This document shows, piece after piece, positions 32,659 through 46,460 of a stretch of DNA of 64,000 nt. A program made the translations under genes and the position numbers. Numbering within the stretch: the first letter of the stretch is position 1; the number at the start of each line of letters is the position of its first letter. The DNA is taken from contig CAVZQN010000008.1 of the NCBI GenBank assembly GCA_963777505.1, forward strand, positions 448,001 through 512,000, read 5' to 3'. The DNA comes from an uncultured bacterium. GTDB lineage: Bacteria; Acidobacteriota; HRBIN11; JAKEFK01. Under the pieces are notes generated by a model that was not told the DNA's origin, did no database searches, and was given only the letters and a program-made list of their open reading frames with translations.

Positions 32659-35281
32659 ATGGCACCGAAGACTGAACTTCAGATAGATGGACGAGCCCTC
32701 ATGGTTTCAAACCTGGATAAGGTTTTGTTCCCTGATGGATTCACAAAAGGTCAAGTAATCGATTATTACATCCGAATCTCTCCTGTACTTCTTCCGCACC
32801 TGAAGGATAGACCCCTTACGATGATCCGTTTTCCAGACGGAGTCAAAGCAATGCATTTTTATGAAAAAGATGCACCAAAACATACACCGGATTGGATTAA
32901 ACGAGCGCCGGTCGAACGAAGAGGTGGTGGCAAACCAATTCATTATCTGTTGATTAATGATCTTCCCTCTTTAGTTTGGTCAGCCAATCTTGCAAATCTT
33001 GAAATGCATACACTGCTTGCACGTGCGCCGCGAATTGATCAGCCAACGATGGTTGTTTTTGATCTGGATCCAGGACCGCCTGCAACTGCAATTGAATGTT
33101 GCCAGGTGGCATTCTGGTTAAAAGAAATTTTTGATGGTTTAAAGCTAAAAAGCTTCGCAAAATTCTCAGGCTCAAAAGGAATACAGGTTTACGTTCCATT
33201 AAACACATCAGTCACCTATGAAAAGACTTCATCATTTGCGAAAGCCATTGCAGACTTCTTGCATGAAAGTCATCCTGAAGTTGTCGTATCAGAAATGGCG
33301 AAAAAAGTCCGAGGTGGAAAAGTTTTTATTGATTGGAGTCAAAATACGGATTCGAAAACCACTGTTTGTGTGTATGCATTACGCACTAAACATGACAGCC
33401 CTTATGTTTCAGTTCCGTTTTCATGGGATGAGTTAGAAAAGCTATTTAAGAAAGGTGATGCAAATAATTTTTTGATCGGGCCTGACAAAGTACTCGAACG
33501 CATTGATCGTTTTGGAGATTTGTTTGGACCGTTAAACACGCTCAAACAGAAACATTCCGCCAGATTATTTGAAAAAAATTGAAGCACCACGATCAAAAAT
33601 TACAACGAAAAAAGGACGTACACCCGGCAGCGCCGGAACTACGTTGAAAGAATACAACCGCAAGCGTGATTTCAAAGTGACTGCAGAACCTCCCGGTGAA
33701 GTCGTTGATAAAGATGGAAAAGATGCTTCAAACAATATGTATGTTATTCAAAAACATGAGGCGACTCGTCTTCATTATGATTTTCGCCTTGAGATGCAAG
33801 GCGTTTTACGTTCCTGGGCTGTCCCAAAAGGAATCCCAACACAGTCCGGCGACAAACGACTTGCAATGCATGTTGAAGATCATCCAATGGAATATGCACG
33901 CTTTGAAGGAACAATCCCCAAAGGCAGCTATGGCGGCGGAACAGTAATGGTTTGGGACATTGGAACATATAACATCATGGAACCCAATCCGGTTGCCGCT
34001 TATTACTCCGGAAAACTTCATCTCTTTCTAGATGGAAAAAAATTAAAGGGCGAATGGATTCTTGTGCGTACTTCAAGAGGAGACGGCAAGGAGTGGCTTC
34101 TGATGAAGAAGGGAAATACAACCAAACCCATCTCAGTTAAGTCGGACGATACTTCCGTGCTCACAGGCAGATCGATGAAAAAAATAGCATCAGACAATGA
34201 TGCGCAATGGATCAGCAATCGACCACCTAAAGAAGACACTCCAAGAAATCGATTGAAGGCAAAACTTGCAAAAGATTCATCGAATTTCACCTCAGTATTG
34301 AAAAATCTTCCATCCGGAAAACCTAAATTCGTAGAACCGATGTTGAGCAAGCCTGTAAACAAACTTCCTGAAGGCAGACAGTGGATTTACGAAATAAAAT
34401 TCGACGGTTATCGAGCGGAAGCAATTCGCAATGGAAAAACTTTCGATCTTATCTCACGCAATGCAAAAAATCTGAAGCAAAAATATCCTGAAGTTGTTGA
34501 GAGCCTCAAAAGTCTAACCGATAAAGACTGCGTGATCGATGGTGAAGTTGTAGCGCTCGATGAAAATGGTGTTCCATCGTTTCAAATGCTGCAGAATTTG
34601 AACAAGACAGGCGATCGGCCGCTGCACTTTTTTGCGTTCGATCTCCTACACTACAACGGTAAAGACTTATCGAACCTTCCCCTGTTTCAGCGAAAGGAAA
34701 TTCTTCAAGCATTGTTAGAATCCTCAGATGGAGTGTTTTCATTTTCTGCCGGATTTGAAGGCGATGCTGAAATTCTTGAACAAGAAGTTCGCAAAAAAGG
34801 GCTGGAAGGGATTATCGCCAAGAGTAAAGAATCAAAGTATGAACCCGGGAAACGAACAGGTGCCTGGGTAAAATACAAAACAGAAGCAGGACAGGAGTTT
34901 GTGATCGGTGGATATAAGCCATCCGAACGAAGCAAAGGTCTTGATTCCATTCTCGCTGGATATTATGAAAACGATCAACTAATGTATGCGGGTTCAGTTC
35001 GTGCCGGATTCACCCCTCATACAAGAAAAGAAGTTGAATCCGTATTGAAAAAGTTGGTAACAAAGAAGTGTCCTTTTGCAAATTTACCGGAGGAATCAAC
35101 CGGACGCTGGGGTGAAGGACTTACTGCAGAAGACATGAAAAAATGTATTTGGGTAAAACCAAAAGTTGTTTGCAGGATCGATTTTGTAGAATGGACAGAC
35201 GCCAGTCATCTGCGGCATGCAAAATTTGCAGGATTGGTTTTTGATAAAGACCCGCTCGAAGTAGTTCGCGAAAACTCCTGA
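32659..35281 (+). CDS. ligD: NHEJ DNA ligase D with Pol-PE-Lig order; +1 frameshift near 33553
   Basis: Pol: SNLDKVLFP, FDLDPG, SGSKG, FIDWSQN. PE: EYNRKRDF, QKHEATRLHYDFRLE, SWAVPKG. Lig: EIKFDGYR. Deleting one base gives LKQKIPPDYLKKIE, fusing the two ORFs. Confidence 0.9.
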
Positions 35282-35925
35282 TGTTTGAATTCGTTCTCAT
35301 CATCCTTTCTGTTGTGGGATTCCTGTCCTTCGTTTTGTGGCACGCACGGCGGCAGAGTATCGTTAACATTCCAGCTCGAAATCGCCATTTCGGACTCCTG
35401 GGTAGACAACTGAATTTGAAGTCAGCTGGCGATGACTACTTTCTTCAACTTGAGGGAGTGTGGAACGGAATTTCGATTCTTATTTATCCGCACAATTTTG
35501 AAGGGCCAGGTTTAATTACAATATTTTATGCAGATACAGGAATCCCTTATGTCGAACGCAGCTGGGTTGAACCTTTTTTAAGCCTGGGACGTGCACTTGT
35601 TGAAAACAAAAGGGGATACAAATTTCAATTTGAATTTGTTGGTAATCCTGAATTGAAAGCCTATTCAATTGTGGAAGTATTGGAACGGTATCGCAATCAA
35701 TATCCATATCTTGCCATCACGTTACCCGAACGTTTCGCATATTCACAACACGTTTTAGCATCTCTTGGCGAATCAAAAAACTATATTGCTTTACTTGTTA
35801 TGGATTCTGGGAGACGTCCAACATTGGATGAAATGAAAGATGCATTGGATGCAGTTACGGATATCGCAGCCGCTGTAAAATCTGCTTTAGGGCAAAAGGA
35901 AAAAGAAACTGCAGAGGCGGAATAA
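35281..35925 (+). CDS. Hypothetical protein with an N-terminal TM anchor
   Basis: 214-aa ORF with TGATG overlap on the ligD stop and a hydrophobic N-terminus. Confidence 0.7.
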   Translation: MFEFVLIILSVVGFLSFVLWHARRQSIVNIPARNRHFGLLGRQLNLKSAGDDYFLQLEGVWNGISILIYPHNFEGPGLITIFYADTGIPYVERSWVEPFLSLGRALVENKRGYKFQFEFVGNPELKAYSIVEVLERYRNQYPYLAITLPERFAYSQHVLASLGESKNYIALLVMDSGRRPTLDEMKDALDAVTDIAAAVKSALGQKEKETAEAE

Positions 35926-36046
35926 ATCCGCCCCCACAGTGTGGTTGTGTAGCCAGAAGCTACAGAAAATTGAATCAGACAATGATTAGACCTTTGATGT
36001 GATGAATGGTTGGTAGTGGATTTAACCGCGAAGACGCAGATTTCTT

Positions 36047-38041
36047 TTAACGGACTTCGGCAGAAGAACCTTCGATCTTTTTCCAGGGTTCTACTTTTCC
36101 GCCCAAACACTTCCCTAAAAATTCTTCAGCACGTCCATAAAAATCGAACATATTTTCTGGGCGTTCGAAACCGTGACCTTCGTCTGGATACACAACAAAA
36201 GTAACGGGCAAATTTTTCTCGCGCATCGCTTTTACAATTGCTTCAGACTCACTGAGCTTTACGCGTGGATCGTTCACACCATGTCCGATCAAAAGTGGCA
36301 CGCGAATCTTGTCAACATGAAACAAAGGCGAAATACGATGATTCAAAGCATCATCTTTTTCCACATCACCAATGCGCCTGATCCAACGCGCTTTTACTGG
36401 TTTCCAATATTCAGGAAAAGATTGGAGAAGAGATCGTACGTTAGCTGGGCCAACTACATCGATTGCGCAGGTATACAATTCAGGGGTGAATGTGATTCCT
36501 GCAAGCGTTGCATACCCACCATAGGATCCGCCGAAGATTGCAATCCGTTTTGGATCAGCAATACCTTGATCAATCGCCCATTGAACAGAATCAGTAATAT
36601 CATTCTGCATTTTGCGTCCCCATTCACCGTTGGACGCATTTAAGAACTTTTTTCCGTATCCAGTTGATCCCCTGAAGTTGACGCACAAAACAGCATAACC
36701 ACGACTCGCTAACCATTGCATTTCCCGGTTGAATCCCCAATTATCACGATGCCAGGGTCCACCATGGGGGTTGATGACTAAAGGCAGATTCTTTTTACCT
36801 TCCTGCGGCAGCGTTAAATAGCCAACGAGTGTTAATCCGTCTCTCGACTTGATTTCAACTGGCTCCATTTTCGCAAGACTGTAATTTTTTAGAGCAGAAT
36901 ATTTATCAAACAAGAATTCTAATTTCTTAGTCGAACGATCGTACAAGTAATATGCTCCCGGCGCGACATCTGACTCGAATAAAACGATCCATTTGTTTCG
37001 TGAAAGATCAATACTTTCAATAAATGGAAATCCCTCATGTTCTTTTTGAATCAATGAAATATCTTTCTCGAATTCAGGGTTGAGGAATTTATACCTGGGT
37101 TGATCGTAACTAAAAACTACTGCGTCAACATGACCTTTTTTGTAAATCATTTCTACAGCGGCAATGTCTGTGCCATCAGCAGCATCATAAGTCCAGATAT
37201 CGGCTTTCGGATCTTCAGCCATAACGACGATCGCCTCGCGAGTTCGCAAAGGAACTTTCTCCAAACGCAACGTATCGGAATTCAGCGAAGAAGTTACATA
37301 GATATGATTTCCTTCCGGCGTAAAACCTACCGTCATACTATTGCCATTAAACTGCCCTAGCATGTTGCTGTCTTCAAATGGCCAGGTTATTAAATCTCGC
37401 CATGGCTTATCAACACCGTCCCGCACCCGGAGAATCGTGCGCTGATCAGACGGACTGAAGACTGTTGCAGCGCGAATCACAAAATTGAAATCAGTCATCC
37501 ATCCAATTACATCTCCAGGATTTTGAGTATCTAATTTGCTTTTCCCTGTTTTCAGATTGATGCGATGCATATCAAACACTTTGGGATCGCGAATATTTAA
37601 CCCAACGAGAACTTCATCCGGATAATCAGGATCCTTCCGTAGGGCTTGTGCTTTACTTCCTTTGAATGGTGTTAAATCGCGCACTACTCCCGATTTAACG
37701 TCCGAAGCGAAAAGATGCTTATTCTCATCACCGAACTCATCCTGAAAGTAAAGGATGTGTTCATTGTTGTAAGCCCAGGTGTAAAAATAAATTCCCTGTT
37801 TTTCATCGTTTGTGATCATGCGATCATCATTTTTGCCAATCGTATTAATCCAAACGTTTGATACTCCGGATTTAGAAGGAGCGAGATAAGAAAGCATTGT
37901 TCCATCAGGTGAGATCTGAGGCTGATCTTTAACCGGGTTACCGAAAATAATCTCACGCGGTATTAACGAATTCTTCTCTCCAGAAAAAGTTATCAGTGGC
38001 ATTGCAAAGATGAGAATTGTAGCGACAAATATGTAATTCAT
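36047..38041 (-). CDS. S9 family peptidase
   Basis: ISPDG, PHGGPW, NFRGSTGYG, GGSYGGY, NDPRV, DEGHGF. Confidence 0.95.
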   Translation of the reverse strand: MNYIFVATILIFAMPLITFSGEKNSLIPREIIFGNPVKDQPQISPDGTMLSYLAPSKSGVSNVWINTIGKNDDRMITNDEKQGIYFYTWAYNNEHILYFQDEFGDENKHLFASDVKSGVVRDLTPFKGSKAQALRKDPDYPDEVLVGLNIRDPKVFDMHRINLKTGKSKLDTQNPGDVIGWMTDFNFVIRAATVFSPSDQRTILRVRDGVDKPWRDLITWPFEDSNMLGQFNGNSMTVGFTPEGNHIYVTSSLNSDTLRLEKVPLRTREAIVVMAEDPKADIWTYDAADGTDIAAVEMIYKKGHVDAVVFSYDQPRYKFLNPEFEKDISLIQKEHEGFPFIESIDLSRNKWIVLFESDVAPGAYYLYDRSTKKLEFLFDKYSALKNYSLAKMEPVEIKSRDGLTLVGYLTLPQEGKKNLPLVINPHGGPWHRDNWGFNREMQWLASRGYAVLCVNFRGSTGYGKKFLNASNGEWGRKMQNDITDSVQWAIDQGIADPKRIAIFGGSYGGYATLAGITFTPELYTCAIDVVGPANVRSLLQSFPEYWKPVKARWIRRIGDVEKDDALNHRISPLFHVDKIRVPLLIGHGVNDPRVKLSESEAIVKAMREKNLPVTFVVYPDEGHGFERPENMFDFYGRAEEFLGKCLGGKVEPWKKIEGSSAEVR

Positions 38042-38094
38042 AGTTGACCTTCGTCTTCGTGACTTTGCGGTTTATATTTACGGTAGAATTTACT

Positions 38095-38481
38095 ATGGCT
38101 TTTTATAATGTCCCAGTCAATCTGCCGCATGCAGCAACTCTCGCAAATAGAATTGAACTGCGTCTGGCAGCATTGCAAGTGCTCGAGCGTCCGGAGGCTG
38201 AACAACTTCTTATGTTAATTGAGGCGTTGCAGGAAAAAATTGGGAAATACGAAGGAGCCAATGACCCTTCTGATGAGGAGACTCGTGTAGTTGTTGAAGA
38301 GTCGGCTGTAATTGCAAGACAGATTGTTGACGAAATTGAACAATTACAGGTTGGTGAAGATAGGCTGGGTCAATTGATTCGCAACTTATTTGAATGTATG
38401 GGCCTTGGCAAAGAAGGTGCTGAAATTTCGCTTCGCGCCGGCGAAAATCCTGGCTCACTTTTGCGACCTATGGAAGATTAG
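38095..38481 (+). CDS. Hypothetical alpha-helical protein
   Basis: Clean ORF; ATG 38095 lies 5 nt after TAGAAT. Confidence 0.65.
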   Translation: MAFYNVPVNLPHAATLANRIELRLAALQVLERPEAEQLLMLIEALQEKIGKYEGANDPSDEETRVVVEESAVIARQIVDEIEQLQVGEDRLGQLIRNLFECMGLGKEGAEISLRAGENPGSLLRPMED

Positions 38482-39998
38482 TGGGGATCCTGCACATTAG
38501 CCGGCAAAACAACTTCGAAAGTTGATCCAACGCTGAATTCACTCGTAACTAATATTGTTCCGCCCATCATCTGACAATATTTATGACTGATCGCTAAACC
38601 TAATCCTGTACCACCAAACTTTCGTGTTGATGATCCATCAGCCTGAGTAAAGGCTCTAAATATTTTCTTCATTTGATCAGAGGTCATGCCTATTCCAGAA
38701 TCATGTACCTGGAAAAACAATGTATCCGCTTCATCGACCCTGAGTCGTTTTACATCAAGCGTAACCAATCCTTCTTGCGTAAATTTAGCCGCATTACTAA
38801 GCACATGCAGCAAAATCTGTCTTACCATTGTAAGATCAGCACGCATCGTTCCAAGATCTTCTGTTTTCTTGAATTCAAAAGCATTCCTGTTCTTTTCCAT
38901 AAGCGGCTGAACAACAGCGATGACTTCATCCAGGATGTCGGTAACATGAAATGTATCTAGAGTAATTTCCATTTTCCCGGCTTCCAGTTTGGAAAGATCG
39001 AGTATCTCGCTGATCATTCCAAGCAAATGTTTTCCCGCTGCGTTGACCTTTTCAACATCCGGAAGTAACTCTGGTTCAATTTTTTCTAACTCCTCTTTCA
39101 ACATTTCACTGTACCCGATGATCGCATTCAACGGTGTCCGCAATTCATGACTCATGCTTGCAAGAAACTGACTTTTGGCAAGGCTTGCTTCAGCAAGCTC
39201 ATTCGTACGAACAGATAGCTTTTGGTTGGCGGCTGATAATTCCCTGGTCATCGTTGTCAGTTTTGTGTTAATCGAAATTAGATCGCGTGTACGTTCAGCA
39301 AGTTCCAAAGTTTTTTCTTTTGCTCTACGCTCAAGACTATCGCGAAGCGAATCGAATTCTGCATAAAAACGTGGGACACGTGACGCTAGCGTTAAAGTAA
39401 ACACATAAATCTGCATCGCAAGCCCATATGGAAAAACGACAACAGAAGAAAGCCACTTCCTTCCTATCGCAAAATCAACAATATAGGTAACTGCCATCCC
39501 AAGCATTCCTGCCGCTATGTAACGAGATTCTGTATGACCTACTAATGCCTGGCGAGCAATTAAAACAAAAAAGAACGTGCCCAGGATGACTGTTACGACA
39601 TTCCACGTCACCATGACTCTAAGATCCAGCGAAGGTGTTAGAAGAGTTAGCACTGCCAGAATCATTTGTAGAACTTGATAACCACGAATCAGTGGATGAA
39701 TCCTGCGAGGAAGATAGGGTGATAGAAACTGAACGTACAATGCAGAAGTAGAAAAGATTGCTAGATTTTCAAGCTCATTATGAATGACAGGATCATTTCC
39801 GAAAATCTTGCGCCATGGTGATAGCATGAAAATATAAAAAGCCGCACTGATGGAAAGTGGTGCAAGCCATAAATATTCTTTAAGCTCACGGCGTGGCCTA
39901 TATAAATGAAGCTCGTAGATCCCCAAAAATGCAACGACAACAGCCGTTATTAATAAACCGAGTCCGGGTAGGAGTGGTGGAGTAAGGCTGTCAGGCAT
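38478..39998 (-). CDS. Membrane sensor histidine kinase (about 7 TM, coiled coil, HisKA, HATPase)
   Basis: FLASMSHELRTPLNAIIGYS, SNAAKFT, DSGIGM, FTQAD, GGTGLGL. Confidence 0.92.
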   Translation of the reverse strand: MPDSLTPPLLPGLGLLITAVVVAFLGIYELHLYRPRRELKEYLWLAPLSISAAFYIFMLSPWRKIFGNDPVIHNELENLAIFSTSALYVQFLSPYLPRRIHPLIRGYQVLQMILAVLTLLTPSLDLRVMVTWNVVTVILGTFFFVLIARQALVGHTESRYIAAGMLGMAVTYIVDFAIGRKWLSSVVVFPYGLAMQIYVFTLTLASRVPRFYAEFDSLRDSLERRAKEKTLELAERTRDLISINTKLTTMTRELSAANQKLSVRTNELAEASLAKSQFLASMSHELRTPLNAIIGYSEMLKEELEKIEPELLPDVEKVNAAGKHLLGMISEILDLSKLEAGKMEITLDTFHVTDILDEVIAVVQPLMEKNRNAFEFKKTEDLGTMRADLTMVRQILLHVLSNAAKFTQEGLVTLDVKRLRVDEADTLFFQVHDSGIGMTSDQMKKIFRAFTQADGSSTRKFGGTGLGLAISHKYCQMMGGTILVTSEFSVGSTFEVVLPANVQDPH

Positions 39999-40054
39999 TG
40001 CTTGGGACCGGCGTTTGTGGCACCGCCTATTTTTGCATAGAGTCCGAAAACATG

Positions 40055-40131
40055 GTAGCGGCGGCCCTTGTGGCCGCCCGGCGAATTTAGCTCACGAACA
40101 AACGACGGGCGACCATAAGGGTCGCCCCTAC
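40055..40131. repeat. Inverted doublet of GTAG-family REP elements
   Basis: GTAGCGGCGGCCCTTGTGGCCGCCC followed by GGGCGACCATAAGGGTCGCCCCTAC. Confidence 0.85.
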
Positions 40132-40189
40132 CACCGATTTCAATTATTAGGTTTGAAACATTTGTTGAATAGAATAGTAGCGAGGCAAT

Positions 40190-40564
40190 ATGTCAAAACC
40201 ATGGATTGGATTATTTTTGGGTGCATTTCTCGGAATGCTCGATGGTATTTCATCATTCTTTTATCCTGATCTTACTGGAGAGGTCATTCTCATCGTTGCT
40301 TTTTCAACATTGAAAGGCCTTATCACAGGATTCGTCGCCGGTCTTGTCGCACGTAAGTGGAACTCACTTCCGGTGGGTATCGCTACAGGACTATTCGTCG
40401 GTTTGTTACTCGCGTACGTTGCCTCTATAGGCACCAGCTATTTTGTGGAAATAATGTTACCGGGAAGCATTTTAGGCGTTATTGTAGGATTTGCTACACA
40501 AAGATTAGGGAGAGTCGATCCCAAGAAAAATCTATCGTTCCGAGAGTCTCCAGCAAATAATTAG
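40190..40564 (+). CDS. Small Gly-rich 4-TM membrane protein
   Basis: Hydrophobic ORF with SD GAGG. Confidence 0.7.
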   Translation: MSKPWIGLFLGAFLGMLDGISSFFYPDLTGEVILIVAFSTLKGLITGFVAGLVARKWNSLPVGIATGLFVGLLLAYVASIGTSYFVEIMLPGSILGVIVGFATQRLGRVDPKKNLSFRESPANN

Positions 40565-40960
40565 ATAAACAATACCGAGAACTAATTCAATTGCAGCAAA
40601 CGGTAGCAACATATTTAACAAAGAATAGTTAAATACGTACAAAACCATCATCGTTCCGAATAGTAATCTTCCGAGACTATCTACGAAAATAAAAGGCAGA
40701 AATCGAACTGGTTCGCGCGCGCTATACAGTAAAGCCGCACCCAGTATCATTGCACCGGCTCCGAAGCCATGAATCAAAAGCAGATGAGCAGGGTTTTGCG
40801 GAAACGGAAGAACTCCTGTGCGCGAAAAAATTGTCCTCTCCATCCAGAGCGCTGCCTGGAAAAATCCGGCGAGTAAACGATTGTTAAAAAAAATAATACC
40901 CATTACGAAATTGAAGACTCCCCCTATCTGAAGTGATAAACGGATCCACCGTGGGGCCAT
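40532..40960 (-). CDS. Hypothetical membrane protein
   Basis: About four hydrophobic segments. Confidence 0.7.
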   Translation of the reverse strand: MAPRWIRLSLQIGGVFNFVMGIIFFNNRLLAGFFQAALWMERTIFSRTGVLPFPQNPAHLLLIHGFGAGAMILGAALLYSAREPVRFLPFIFVDSLGRLLFGTMMVLYVFNYSLLNMLLPFAAIELVLGIVYLIICWRLSER

Positions 40961-41041
40961 GGCGTAACATCTTACACCAGAGAAATATCCTTTTCACTCC
41001 TGCGCTTTTTTGATACCATCCGTGCAGGAGCCTCGCCCATC

Positions 41042-41335
41042 ATGAAAGCAGCGATTGTGACTTATGTCGTCAAGAAAGGTCGTGAAACGGAGTTTAAAAA
41101 AGCGCTGCGGCGGCACTGGAAAGTTTTACGCAGCGAAAATCTAACGACAGATCAACTTCCATTCCTTCTGAAAGATCTCGAAAGTCCAATGGTCTATAAG
41201 GAAATTTTTGAATGGAAGAGCAAATCATCTTTCCAAAAAGCACACGAATCAAAGAAAGTTCAAAAAATCTGGCAGCAGTTGATTAAGCTAACAATTGAAG
41301 GTGGAATCGAACGAGCATTCTTCAATCGTATTTAG
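41042..41335 (+). CDS. ABM/dimeric alpha-beta barrel-like small protein
   Basis: YVVKKGRETEF..EIFEWKS..AH..V..IW pattern; SD AGGAG. Confidence 0.65.
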   Translation: MKAAIVTYVVKKGRETEFKKALRRHWKVLRSENLTTDQLPFLLKDLESPMVYKEIFEWKSKSSFQKAHESKKVQKIWQQLIKLTIEGGIERAFFNRI

Positions 41336-41339
41336 TTTT

Positions 41340-43694
<2,355 letters not shown>

Positions 43695-43697
43695 AAT

Positions 43698-46460
43698 TCA
43701 AGCGAGCGACAGCACGCGATCAGCACGTCCAGTCTTATTCAACCACTCGTCGTACGAAAATACCGCGGCCGGGCAATCCCCCAATAATTGACCGACATCA
43801 AGTTCCATAGGGCCGTCGATGAGTCGCGCATCGAGCGCACTGAAATCAGGCCAGTTCGCTCCGTCGCGCGTGAACGGTGCGAAATAACGCAACGTCACGA
43901 TGCAACATGCCCGTTCCCTGAACCGCCGGGAAAAGCGATCACGTGGTCCGAATGCCGGCCATCGACGCTCAGGGGGCCATAGCTTCCCAAAGCAAAGACC
44001 TCCGCGTGTCGCTGCCGAAGCTCGAGCAGGTGTCGCGTCCAGGCCAGCTTGGCGGTTCCATTCTTCCCAGTTCTCCGCGAATCCTACTCCTTTCCCGAGG
44101 CTTTCGCTCAGAATTCGCTGGCGCGCGCTGAAATCGACCGGTCGACGGTTGTCCGGATCGACCAGCGACAAATCCCAGAAGCTCGGTTCCCTGGTAGAAA
44201 TCGGGAACTCCGGGAACCGTGGCTTTCAGGGTGAGCTGGCTCAGGCTGTTGAGGGCGCCAATGCAGCGCCGTCCGCCTTGCGAAGGCTATCAAGGAATCC
44301 AGAAACTCGTCTGAACGCGTAGGATCGAGAATGCCGTCCACGAACGCAGCGATGCCCTGTTCATAGTCGACGTTCGGATTGAGCCAGCTCGAGTGCAGCT
44401 TTTCCTCGCGCACGGCCTTCTGCACGGATTGCTGAAACCTTTCGACAAAGCCGGTGGAGATTGCCTTCGAGCGGCCGCGCGCCGATCAACGCCTGATAGA
44501 TCATGTACTCGTCGACGATCGACGGACATCGCTGACCGCGCGCCTCGGTCACGTACCGCGCGTTGTGGGTCTTCCAGCGGCCCAGAGCGCCCGTCCAGTC
44601 GCCTGACAGTTCAGCGATCGCCAGAACGCGCATTCGCGCGTCCTCACCGCGCTTGGTGTCGTGAGTGCCGGTCGCTGTGAGGCCGTTCGGCCATTTCTTC
44701 GCGCGCTCGGACATGTGCGCGTGAAACGTCGCAAGCGGCAGCGGAGAGGCAGCGGGATTGCCGCCGACTTCATTGAGCGCCAGCAGCAGCGGAAAGCGAT
44801 AGAACGCCGTGTCTTCCAGCGACTTCGCCATCAGCGGCCCGGTGAACTGCTGAATCTTCGAAGCAAAGCGGCGAACCCGCGCACGGCTGTGCGGCGCCCG
44901 GCCGGGCGCAAGCAGATCGAGCGTCAGGGCATCGCGCAGGAAGTCGAAGATGCCGTCGTCCGCTGCAAACCAGTCGGCTTGCGCCTTTCGGATCGCCTCT
45001 TCGATCGTTTGCCGGTCGTCCTTGCCGACCGCGCGGCCGCGGATGTAGGTGCGGTAGATCGGAAAATGCACCACGAACAGCGCGAGTGCCTGCCGAAGGC
45101 TGTCTTCGGAAAAATCACGCGTCGAATGGTGTCCGGCGGCGATGCGCGCGAGAAGCCGGGCCAGGACGGTGAACTCGCTGACCAGCAGCGTTTCGAGCAC
45201 GCGGCGCTTCGACCTGATCAGCACAGGCTCGAACGACGGCGAGAGGTCGCTCGCCTGCCGCCAGATTTCCTTGAGTTCGGTGTGCCCTGCGGGAAACAGC
45301 AGCAGCTGACTGAAGTGGTTGAGCCACTCATAGCCGGTTGTGCCGTCGCAGCCTGCGAACGGGCGCAGCGTCTCGGACCTCGCCGAGAATCTTTTCGACC
45401 AGCACGACAAACGGGCGAGGGAAGGCGCCCTGCGCGCCGCGGATGAGCTGCCGCAGCCGCTGCAGGTATTGCGCCGGATCGTGCAGGCCGTCGATGTGAT
45501 CGATCCGCAGGCCCTGGATCTTGTCCTTGGCGATCAGGCTGCGCACCAGGCCATGGATGCTTTCGAACGTCTCGCGATCCTCGACGCGCAGTCCGGCAAG
45601 CGAGTTGACGTCGAAGAAGCGCCGGTAGTTGATGTCGCTGCCCGCCAGCCGCCAGTGCGACAGCCGGTAATGCTGTCGCTCCAGCAGATGATGCAGCGCC
45701 AGCGCCTGCGCGGAGCCGTTCTGGGCGCGATAGGCCTCGAGACCTTGGCGATGACTCGCCCGCCGTCGGGCGATGCCCGCAAGCGCCTGCTTGAGCTGCG
45801 GCGCTCTTTTTCGGTCCGGATTGTTTGGACCGCTGTACTTCGGGCCAGGTCCAGCAGCGCCGCGCCTGCGGCGCTGTCTTCGGCCCGCGCGGCGGCAACG
45901 ATCGTCCGCAGGAGCTCGCTGTATCGGACCGGCGCGATGGGCAGCTTGTGTTCGTAGTACCAGGCGCTGAACGCACCGGCCTGCGCGTCGTAGCGGAGCT
46001 CGATCTGGCCCTCGTTGAGCGCCTCGCCATAGGATGCGCCGAGGATCGGCAACAGCAGGCCGGGCTTTCGCCGGTGGGGCAGCATGTCCCAGTCGATATC
46101 GAACGACTTCGCGTGGCGTGACTTCGGTCCCCATTCGAGCACGTCGAGCCACCAGGCATTGTCGGAATAGTGCACGCCCATGTGGTTCGGGACGAAATCG
46201 AGGATCAGGCCGAGGCCGTTGCTCTTCAGCGCTGCACTGAGCGTTTCGAAACCGGCCTCGCCGCCGAGTTCGGGATTGAACGCGTTGTGGTCGACGACGT
46301 CATAGCCGTGCGTGCTGCCGCTGCGCGCGCGCATGAAGGGCGACGCATAGACATGGGTGATCCCGAGTGACTTGAGATAGGGTACGACCGCTGCGGCCTG
46401 CTCGAAGCCGAAATCCTGCGTGAGTTGCAGCCGGTAAGTGGCGGAGGCGGTGAGCGGCAT
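43698..46460 (-). CDS. treY: Malto-oligosyltrehalose synthase, several frameshifts
   Basis: ATYRLQL, SGSTHGYDVVDH, DFVPNHM, INYRRFFDVN, GLRIDHIDGL, GTTGYE, QQFTGPLMAKSLEDTAFYR, THDTKRGEDAR, SLVDPDNRRPVDF, spread across frames. Confidence 0.9.

Noticed and set aside
33540-33582. Programmed frameshift in ligD at TTTGAAAAAAA
   Set aside because: The conserved LKQK(L/I)P pattern breaks upstream of the A-run, and the same +1 signature appears in several unrelated genes.
35952-35969. TGTAGC-N5-GCTACA palindrome as a regulator site
   Set aside because: It lies between convergent gene ends; at most a small hairpin.
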